Below are positions 56,902 to 64,000 of a stretch of 64,000 bases of DNA, piece after piece (position 1 is the first letter of the stretch; each line of letters opens with the position of its first letter). The stretch is from the NCBI GenBank assembly GCA_030698625.1, contig JAUYMS010000041.1, positions 11,314 through 75,313 on the forward strand, given 5' to 3'. The notes beneath the pieces were generated by a model. The model did not search any database and was not told the origin of the DNA. It worked only from the letters and a program-made list of their open reading frames with translations. The stretch is from Candidatus Omnitrophota bacterium (GTDB lineage: Bacteria; Omnitrophota; Omnitrophia; Omnitrophales; Aquincolibacteriaceae). The translations under genes were made by a program, and so were the position numbers.

Positions 56902-59369
56902 CCAAAGCTTTGGCGCGAACGTTCCGCCAATAGCGTTTTCATAAGACCCGGTACGATAGCGGGGTCGACTTTCAAGTCCGGATTTCCAAGCGGTCCGGAT
57001 AATAGTAACGGGATGGGGCCAAAAGCTTCCGCCTCGGAAGCCTTCCAATTCATTGCGGCGTCTTCAAAAATCTGCTTCGCCAATGATGATTCCAGATAGA
57101 CGCGCAATCCAAAATTGAGCATCCCATCCAAGGTCAACTCACCCTCGGCCTGAGCCCAGGCATCGTCAGAAACAAGGACAAGCTCCTCAGTCAACACCTT
57201 GCCGCCCTTGAGAAAGAATCGGGCCGTAACGTCGTGAAACGGGGTCGTCCCTGAAGAGTAGGTTGTAGCGCTGCGCAATTCCGGGACATTGCCAATGGCA
57301 TCCAAAACATCAAAGGTGTAAAATTCACCGTTCGTGAGCGTGAAGGCGCCCTCTCCGAGAAGATGCTCTCTCCACTCAACGGGTCTGGTCCCCTGTCCGG
57401 TAAACGACATATCTAAGAAGAAATTTCCGTCAAGAACGCGCTTGGGTGCATCGCGTCGCCCGAGAAATCTCGCAAAGCTCAATCGGTTGATCGTCGAATG
57501 GGCCCAATAAATCGGGATCTCAGATGTCAAATCGAGCTCCCCTTGGACATCCACGTCACCATCATACGCATTAAACTTCAGCTCAGAAATCTTCCAGATG
57601 CGATCTTCGTATTCCAAAGCAAGTTCAAGATTTTGACACTGCGTCCCCTCCGGAAAACCATCCAGAAGAAATGTCTCTAACTCGCGACTTTCCAAAAAGC
57701 CTGCCCGTCCCCACCAGCCGTGAACAACATTTTTGGCAGCCTTGAGCACACGCACCGGTTCTAGTGATGGAGATTTTAGAGTTAATTTTGCCTTGCGGTC
57801 CCCTGCAATGCCGTAGACCGCTAAATCGAGCGCGATCGGCGCGCCGCCGATTTCAAACCGCGTGTCATTTAGTTCCAAGACAACGGAGCCAAAATCCAAG
57901 GCCATATTGACGTCCCGCACCCCCTCGCCATCCTGAGTGAGCACGTCAACGTTCTCTAGAGTCACATTCATCATCGTTTTTGTCTCATTGAGATTCGCCA
58001 ACTTTCCCTCGAAGTTTGCAAGAACCTTGCCCTTGCCCCTCACTTGATAATCTGCGATGGGAGGAACAAGTGCCTGCCAACCCGCCAGAGAGAACTTGTT
58101 CGTAATAATATTGAGCTGTCCCATACCGGTTTTCATATCAAAGTTCTTCAGCGAGCCTTTCATCGTAACTTCCTTAAGGCGAACGGAAAAATCACCTGTG
58201 AGGACACTGCCCTCTTTAAGGATCGTCTCAAACGAAACGTTTAACGGGAAATCTTTCGGCTTTGAAAAATACCGGGAGTACGTCAACAGCGTCGGAGACA
58301 AATCCCAATGCGCATGCATGGACAAGTGCCCGGGCGTTCCCTCAAGCGTCATTTCCAACTGACTCTGCCCCGAAAAACCGATGTTATAAGGAATGACCCG
58401 CTGGAGACCGATCCAGTACTTAGGGATCATCTCAAGAGCGACGTTGGACGCCGTCACCGTCAACGCCTGTATTTCTCGGGTCCCTAAATGGATATTACCG
58501 TAAGCTTCGAACAGACCGAGCTGTGAGGTTACACTGGCTGATTCTATCAACAAGCTTTCGGCCTTTGGATCCCAAGTCAGCTGCGCCGCTCCCTCAAAGT
58601 CAATCGGCTGAGAGAGCAGGGATTTTTCTCCCCGCCGCAATCCATAGATCCATTGCTTCGCGTCCACCTCAACGGTACCCTTTGTTTCGGTTTCACGGGA
58701 TATCTTACGAAACCCAAAATCAGCCGACACGGTTCCCTCTAAAACTTCCATGTAAGCGCTCATGGGTTTTCTCGAAAAAACAAAAGCTGCCGGTAAATCA
58801 TTAACGGCAGCCTGAAAATCGAACGCAATCTCCGTCCAATCCCATTTCGAGGATTGACCGACGCTTAAAAAACCGCGCAAACTAAAACTTCCGGGAACGT
58901 CCGCCAGATCCCCCTTGACCTGAACCTTCATCCTTGGCCCGAACCGGAGGGGTTCCACAGTAACGCTCAAATTCCTTACGATAATATCCTCGTTGTCTGC
59001 CGGATCACTCGGCCTCAGACGAAGTTCGCCGCCGCGCACAGAAACTCCCGCAACTCCGCCGTGATCGCCCCACGCCGACCGTAGCGAAAAAACCACCGCC
59101 GCCTCCGGAGCTGTCAGCTCGGCGCCTTTAATACCAGGCAGCTTAAGCATCGGCAGATTCAGCTTGATGTCCTTGATAACCGCCAGAGGCTTCGGGGAGC
59201 GGGAAATATGCCACTCCCCCACCTGCATTGAACCACGAGTGATCTTCTCAATGGCTTGGAATATATGCCCCTCAACCACATCGGGCTTGATGAAGAGCGG
59301 GAACAGTAAATAAAGAGCTGCTGCGAGGACGAAGACTGCAGTTGTTATAGAAATAATGAGGCGTTTCAT
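56853..59369 (-). CDS. AsmA-family protein
   Basis: N-terminal anchor, long beta-rich body, C-terminal G...L..G.F...D...F..V...F....G, P....G.L..P. Confidence 0.7.
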   Translation of the reverse strand: MKRLIISITTAVFVLAAALYLLFPLFIKPDVVEGHIFQAIEKITRGSMQVGEWHISRSPKPLAVIKDIKLNLPMLKLPGIKGAELTAPEAAVVFSLRSAWGDHGGVAGVSVRGGELRLRPSDPADNEDIIVRNLSVTVEPLRFGPRMKVQVKGDLADVPGSFSLRGFLSVGQSSKWDWTEIAFDFQAAVNDLPAAFVFSRKPMSAYMEVLEGTVSADFGFRKISRETETKGTVEVDAKQWIYGLRRGEKSLLSQPIDFEGAAQLTWDPKAESLLIESASVTSQLGLFEAYGNIHLGTREIQALTVTASNVALEMIPKYWIGLQRVIPYNIGFSGQSQLEMTLEGTPGHLSMHAHWDLSPTLLTYSRYFSKPKDFPLNVSFETILKEGSVLTGDFSVRLKEVTMKGSLKNFDMKTGMGQLNIITNKFSLAGWQALVPPIADYQVRGKGKVLANFEGKLANLNETKTMMNVTLENVDVLTQDGEGVRDVNMALDFGSVVLELNDTRFEIGGAPIALDLAVYGIAGDRKAKLTLKSPSLEPVRVLKAAKNVVHGWWGRAGFLESRELETFLLDGFPEGTQCQNLELALEYEDRIWKISELKFNAYDGDVDVQGELDLTSEIPIYWAHSTINRLSFARFLGRRDAPKRVLDGNFFLDMSFTGQGTRPVEWREHLLGEGAFTLTNGEFYTFDVLDAIGNVPELRSATTYSSGTTPFHDVTARFFLKGGKVLTEELVLVSDDAWAQAEGELTLDGMLNFGLRVYLESSLAKQIFEDAAMNWKASEAEAFGPIPLLLSGPLGNPDLKVDPAIVPGLMKTLLAERSRQSFGHFLPEELFFKGRENL

Positions 59370-59420
59370 TAAGTTAATGAGTCTAGCATTTTCGCTAAAG
59401 GTTGTCTAACGAAGAGCTTC

Positions 59421-59546
59421 TTAGTAGGAACCCGACGAGGTCGATCCGAGAGGAGAGTAGTTGTAATCCTCGAGAAAACCCTGGCAACCCGCAGCGAGAA
59501 CGGCGAGCACGACAACCAGGAAAACACCAGCAATTGTTTTTTTCAT
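59421..59546 (-). CDS. Small lipoprotein (41 aa) coupled to rpsI
   Basis: Manual translation MKKTIAGVFLVVVLAVLAAG-CQGFLEDYNYSPLGSTSSGSY*; TAATG overlap with the rpsI stop. Confidence 0.7.
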   Translation of the reverse strand: MKKTIAGVFLVVVLAVLAAGCQGFLEDYNYSPLGSTSSGSY

Positions 59547-59938
59547 TAACGCTTGGTGTATTGAAAGCGCTTGCGCGCGCCTTTTTGTCCGTACTTCTTA
59601 CGCTCTTTGCTACGGGGATCGCGAGTCAACAATCCATTGCGGCGTAGAATCGACCGCAAGGTGTCATTGTACTTCAGGAGAGCACGCGCAATACCTAGGC
59701 TCACAGCACCTGCCTGGCCCGCTTTACCGCCGCCATTGACGAGAGCACGCACGCCGAACTGTCCCTCAACCTGGGCTGCCTTCATGGCCCGCTCAACGAG
59801 CTCCTTGAGGTTACTGCGTTGAAGATATTCCATCACACCTTGACCATTGATATTAAAGCCCTTCTGGCCCTGAGAAATCCAAACGCGAGCAATCGCTTGC
59901 TTGCGGCGTCCGGTCGCGTAGAATCTATTTTCTGCCAT
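59546..59938 (-). CDS. rpsI: 30S ribosomal protein S9
   Basis: TGRRK.A.ARV, GGG..GQAGA, LTRDPR.KERKKYG..GAR..FQ..KR. Confidence 0.99.
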   Translation of the reverse strand: MAENRFYATGRRKQAIARVWISQGQKGFNINGQGVMEYLQRSNLKELVERAMKAAQVEGQFGVRALVNGGGKAGQAGAVSLGIARALLKYNDTLRSILRRNGLLTRDPRSKERKKYGQKGARKRFQYTKR

Positions 59939-59943
59939 AATCG

Positions 59944-60372
59944 CTATACCTCTAGGAGTTCGGGTTTTTGCGCCTTTTGACCGTGTTCGGCCCCGGCATA
60001 AACACGAAGACGGGTCAACATCTTCCGCCCTAATTTATTCTTGGGAAGCATTCGAGAAACCGCCCGCAAAATGATTTCTTCAGGCTTACGCTCTTGCAAC
60101 CACTCAAAATTATAAGTTCTAAGACCACCCGGGTAGCCGGTATAGTGCTTGTATATCTTCTGGTCCCGCTTCCGGCCCGTAACATGAATTTTGGATGCAT
60201 TGACCACGACCACCGCATCCCCTGACCATTGATCCTTGCAAAATACCGCCTTATCCTTGCCAATAAGGACCCTGGCAACTCGCGTGGCCAGACGCCCAAG
60301 CGTTTTGGCAGAGGCGTCTACCAAATAGGTTTTTCTCGCAAAGTCTTTCTCTACAGGTAAATAGGTCTTCAT
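59944..60372 (-). CDS. rplM: 50S ribosomal protein L13
   Basis: DA...LGRLA, GD.VVVVNA, HYTGYPGG, MLPKN.LGR, H..QKP. Confidence 0.99.
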   Translation of the reverse strand: MKTYLPVEKDFARKTYLVDASAKTLGRLATRVARVLIGKDKAVFCKDQWSGDAVVVVNASKIHVTGRKRDQKIYKHYTGYPGGLRTYNFEWLQERKPEEIILRAVSRMLPKNKLGRKMLTRLRVYAGAEHGQKAQKPELLEV

Positions 60373-60396
60373 AGGTTCCTTCCAAAAAGAGTCCGA

Positions 60397-60425
60397 ATTG
60401 TACCAAATCAGGACACCAGTGTCAA
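60397..60425 (-). promoter_or_regulatory. Sigma70 promoter for rplM-rpsI (TTGACA-17-TACAAT)
   Basis: Hexamers at 60425-60420 and 60402-60397. Confidence 0.75.
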
Positions 60426-60440
60426 TTACGAGCTTTGTGC

Positions 60441-61187
60441 CTAATATTTGACCTTCACCAGCGCCAAGCCCTCGGCAGGGCTCCCCGCCGGTGCCTTTCG
60501 ACGGTCTTTAGACCTTAATAGAGCCCGAATATCCCCGGGATTCAGCTTCCCCCTGCCCACCGCGACCAGGGCCCCAACAAGATTCCGCACCATTTGGTAC
60601 AGAAAGCCGTCGGCTTCAAAACGCAGGCGAACGAGCTCGCCCACTCGGCGAATCTCCAGGCGCTTCAAGGTGCGCACTGTCGATTTCGGTTCGGAGCCTT
60701 TACCCCGGGCGTTTCCAAAGGACCGAAAATCATGCCGCCCCACCAACAACCTCGCCGCGCGCCGCATTGCCACAAGGTTTAATGGCTGCGGCACATGGTA
60801 GCTTCGATATTTTCTGAGCGGCGATCTAACGGGTTCATTCCAAATGCTGTATTCATAAATCTTGGAAACGGCACTGTACCGAGCGTGAAAATCGGGGGCG
60901 ACCTCGTCGACCGCCGTCACCGCGATCTCGGCCGGCAGTATTCCGTTAAGCGCCCGTTGCATCTCGGCAAGTTCCCGCAGGGATTGGGTCTTGAAATTAA
61001 CCACCTGTCCGTGCGCGTGAACGCCTGTGTCCGTGCGCCCGCTTGCAGCTGCGATTTTTGTCTTGCGATTCAGAAGCTTGGAAAGGGCTTTCTCGAGCGA
61101 TTCCTGAATGCTGATATGATGCGGTTGCTTTTGAAAACCATAAAAAGAGGCGCCGTCGTATTCTAGAGTGAGCTTGATGTTTCGCAT
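60441..61187 (-). CDS. truA: tRNA pseudouridine(38-40) synthase
   Basis: EYDG..F.G.Q.Q, SGRTDTGVHA.GQV, FHARY, FLY.MVR. Confidence 0.97.
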   Translation of the reverse strand: MRNIKLTLEYDGASFYGFQKQPHHISIQESLEKALSKLLNRKTKIAAASGRTDTGVHAHGQVVNFKTQSLRELAEMQRALNGILPAEIAVTAVDEVAPDFHARYSAVSKIYEYSIWNEPVRSPLRKYRSYHVPQPLNLVAMRRAARLLVGRHDFRSFGNARGKGSEPKSTVRTLKRLEIRRVGELVRLRFEADGFLYQMVRNLVGALVAVGRGKLNPGDIRALLRSKDRRKAPAGSPAEGLALVKVKY

Positions 61188-61193
61188 AGACCG

Positions 61194-62198
61194 CTAGGCC
61201 GGGAACAGAACCTCTGCAATCTGTACCGCGTTCAGAGCCGCTCCTTTGCGTAATTGATCTCCGCTCACAAAGAGCGCCAACCCGTGTTCAATGCTTGGGT
61301 CAATACGAATACGTCCTGCCAGAACATCGTCTTTACCGGATGCATCGAGAGGCATGGGGAAATAATTCCGCTCCGGTTCATCCACCAAACTCACGCCGGG
61401 GGCCTGGCTGAGGGCCTCACGCGCGGCAGCAACACTGACGTCATGTTCAAACTCAACAAAGAGTGCTTCGGAATGGGCTCGAAATACGGGCACGCGCACC
61501 GTCGTCGCCACAACTCGAATGCTCTGGTCGTGAAAAATCTTACGCGTCTCATTCATCATCTTGGTCTCTTCCTCGCAAAATCCCTCTTTGCCAATCGCAC
61601 TATTGTGCGAGAAAAGGTTGAAGGCAATCTGATGCGGAAACACTTCCACGGTTGGCTTTTTTCCGTCTAGCACCTGCTTGGACTGGGCCTGAAGCTCCTG
61701 CATGGCCCTTGCCCCGGCACCGCTGGCAGATTGGTAGGTCGCTACCACGATCCGCCGGATCCTGGCCAAACGATGCAGGGGAAATAGGGGCACGAGCATG
61801 ATGATCGTAGAACAGTTCGGATTTGCGATGATGCCTTTGTGTTTATGAATATCTTCAGCGTTAATCTCCGGAATAACCAGCGGCACCTCCGGATCCATGC
61901 GAAATGCGCTCGTATTGTCTACCACGACGGCACCGGCTTTTACCGCATGCGGAGCCAACTCACGGCTCACCGATCCGCCCGCGCTCGACAAGACAAGATC
62001 CATTCCTGCAAACGAATCCGGCTTTGCCTGCTCAACCTTGTAATCCTTATTACGGAAGCGTATTTTTTTACCGGCCGACCGGGTCGAACCCAACACCTTG
62101 AGTTCGGAGACGGGGAAATTGCGTTCGGCAAGGATACTCAAAAGCTCCTGACCGACAGCACCGGATGCACCCAATATAGCGACTTTAACCTGTTTCAT
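61194..62198 (-). CDS. asd: Aspartate-semialdehyde dehydrogenase
   Basis: GASGAVGQE, DN.SAFRM...VPL..PE.N, IANPNCST, YQS.SGAG, D.LRKGAALNAVQIAE. Confidence 0.98.
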   Translation of the reverse strand: MKQVKVAILGASGAVGQELLSILAERNFPVSELKVLGSTRSAGKKIRFRNKDYKVEQAKPDSFAGMDLVLSSAGGSVSRELAPHAVKAGAVVVDNTSAFRMDPEVPLVIPEINAEDIHKHKGIIANPNCSTIIMLVPLFPLHRLARIRRIVVATYQSASGAGARAMQELQAQSKQVLDGKKPTVEVFPHQIAFNLFSHNSAIGKEGFCEEETKMMNETRKIFHDQSIRVVATTVRVPVFRAHSEALFVEFEHDVSVAAAREALSQAPGVSLVDEPERNYFPMPLDASGKDDVLAGRIRIDPSIEHGLALFVSGDQLRKGAALNAVQIAEVLFPA

Positions 62199-62200
62199 GA

Positions 62201-63274
62201 TTATGCAATACGCTCCACGATCAGGTCTCCCATTTCGGAACAGCCGACCTGCCGCATACCCTCCTGGTAAATATCCGCCGAGCGAAAACCATCACCCAAT
62301 GTCTTCTCCACGGCGTTTTCAACACTCTGACTTAATTCTAAAAGATTAAAACTGTGCTCCATCATCATGGCAACGGAAAGAATCGAAGCTAAGGGATTCG
62401 CAATATCCTTGCCGGCTATGTCGGGAGCAGATCCGTGCACGGGTTCATACAGCGCGCAGTGATCCCCAACGGAAGCAGAAGCCAGCATGCCTATAGATCC
62501 CGTGAGCATAGCAGCTTCGTCGCTCAGGATATCTCCAAACATATTATTGGTGAGGATAACATCAAACTGCTTGGGCTCGCGAATCAGCTGCATCGCGCAG
62601 TCATCGACGTAACGGTGATCCAACGTCACGTCCGGGTACCGCTTATGGACCTCTTCGACAACTTTGCGCCAAAGCTGGCTCGACTCCAGGACATTCGCCT
62701 TGTCGACAGATGTGAGGCGGCGCTTTCTGCGGCGGGCACACTCAAAAGCTTTTTCTGCAATACGCTCGATCTCAGGGGTTGTGTAAACCTCTGTATTAAT
62801 TCCCTGCTCGCCGCGTCCGTCGGGCAATACGAAGATACCGCGAGGCTCCCCGAAATAAATCCCTCCGGTCAACTCACGGACAATTACGAAATCAATACCG
62901 CTTACGATCTCTTCTTTGAGGGTCGACTTTTTCGCCAGATCACCGAATACACGAACCGGCCGCAGATTCGCGTACGCCCCGAGTTCTCGGCGTAAACTCA
63001 AGAGGCCCTTTTCGGGCCGCTTTGACGATTCCAGGCCGTCCCATTTAGGACCGCCTACCGCACCCAAAAAAACGGCATCGGACTCCTTCGCCTGCTTAAG
63101 GGCCTCGGGGGTTACGGGAACACCGTGCTTGTCGATCGATACGCCGCCTATTAAGGCCTCTTCGATTTCGAATACGAGATGATGCTTCTCGCCCAGCTTG
63201 CGAACGACTTTAATTGCCTGTTCGGCAACCTCGACACCTATTCCATCTCCGCGAAAGACTGTGATTCGATACAT
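62201..63274 (-). CDS. leuB: 3-isopropylmalate dehydrogenase
   Basis: [54 protein letters not shown]. Confidence 0.98.
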   Translation of the reverse strand: MYRITVFRGDGIGVEVAEQAIKVVRKLGEKHHLVFEIEEALIGGVSIDKHGVPVTPEALKQAKESDAVFLGAVGGPKWDGLESSKRPEKGLLSLRRELGAYANLRPVRVFGDLAKKSTLKEEIVSGIDFVIVRELTGGIYFGEPRGIFVLPDGRGEQGINTEVYTTPEIERIAEKAFECARRRKRRLTSVDKANVLESSQLWRKVVEEVHKRYPDVTLDHRYVDDCAMQLIREPKQFDVILTNNMFGDILSDEAAMLTGSIGMLASASVGDHCALYEPVHGSAPDIAGKDIANPLASILSVAMMMEHSFNLLELSQSVENAVEKTLGDGFRSADIYQEGMRQVGCSEMGDLIVERIA

Positions 63275-63284
63275 GCATATATCC

Positions 63285-64000
63285 TTACGACTTTATCCTT
63301 AGTCCCTCTTGCGGACTCGAGGCCGAAGCGTATTCCTTGACCGGAATGCGTCCAGCGGCAAATGCCTTGCTCCCTGAGGAAACAGCTTCCTTCATGGCCG
63401 CAGCCATGAGCACGGGGTCGCGGGCTTGCGCAATCGCCGTATTCATGAGAACACCGTCGGCGCCTAGTTCCATACAGATACTGGCATCCGAAGCCGTCCC
63501 GACGCCTGCGTCGACGATGACAGGGCAGGATACTGCCTCCATGATAAATCTGAGATTCAGCGGGTTTTGTATCCCGCGGCCGGACCCGATCGGTGCCGCG
63601 AGGGGCATCACACAGGCGGCCCCTGCATCTTCGAGCCTTTTAGCCATAATAGGGTCATCGTTGGTGTACGGCATAACCGTAAAACCTTCTTTCACGAGAA
63701 TTTTTGTCGCTTCCAAAAGTCCCAGCGTATCGGGCAGCAATGTCTTCGCGTCTCCGAGCACTTCTAGTTTAACCAAGTCTCCGATACCGGCGGCACGCGC
63801 CAGACGCGCAATACGCAGGGCATCTTCAACGCAATAAGCACCTGCGGTGTTCGGAAGAATCGTGTATTTGTCTCGGTCAATAAAATCCAACAATGTCTTT
63901 TCACGGGGATTGTCCAGATTCACCCGTCCGACCGCAACCGTAATCATGTCCGCACCGGAAGCCTCAAGGGCACGCACCATAATTTCCATGGTTTCGTATT
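63285..64000 (-). CDS. thiG: Thiazole synthase, 5' end outside the window
   Basis: LPNTAG, VKLEV.GD.KTLLPD, MPL.APIGSG.G, VDAGVG..SDA...MELG.DGVL.NTAIA. Confidence 0.97.
   Translation of the reverse strand, partial: YETMEIMVRALEASGADMITVAVGRVNLDNPREKTLLDFIDRDKYTILPNTAGAYCVEDALRIARLARAAGIGDLVKLEVLGDAKTLLPDTLGLLEATKILVKEGFTVMPYTNDDPIMAKRLEDAGAACVMPLAAPIGSGRGIQNPLNLRFIMEAVSCPVIVDAGVGTASDASICMELGADGVLMNTAIAQARDPVLMAAAMKEAVSSGSKAFAAGRIPVKEYASASSPQEGLRIKS

Overview
A 64 kb bacterial chromosomal window, mostly minus-strand, from a diderm organism. The gene complement and protein style suggest Omnitrophota/PVC, but this is inference only. The right ~40 kb is mainly housekeeping: thiG-leuB-asd-truA, rplM-rpsI, an AsmA-family gene, rnc, argCJBDFGH-lysA, dapFAB, uvrA, an FtsH-like protease, hrcA-grpE-dnaJ without dnaK, gpsA and HU. 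It also holds two large outer-membrane proteins and two small unannotated genes. The left ~24 kb is accessory. Its most notable content is two paralogous modules, each a LacI repressor followed by a secreted protein with three tandem CBM-like domains. Each module has its own perfect palindromic operator on a sigma70 promoter (TGTAAGCGCTTACA versus TGTAAACGTTTACA), and one is followed by a clan-A glycoside hydrolase and a caspase-domain lipoprotein. Also present are a c-di-GMP-I riboswitch abutting the start of another secreted CBM-like protein, an HTH-less LacI in frame with two amber-separated orphan ORFs, tRNA-Pro(GGG), MNT/HEPN and AbiEi toxin-antitoxin genes, a cupredoxin-FTR1 iron uptake pair and ArnT/PAP2 envelope-modification genes. 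No CRISPR array, rRNA, integrase or transposase was seen. All family calls come from motif recognition by eye; no searches were run.
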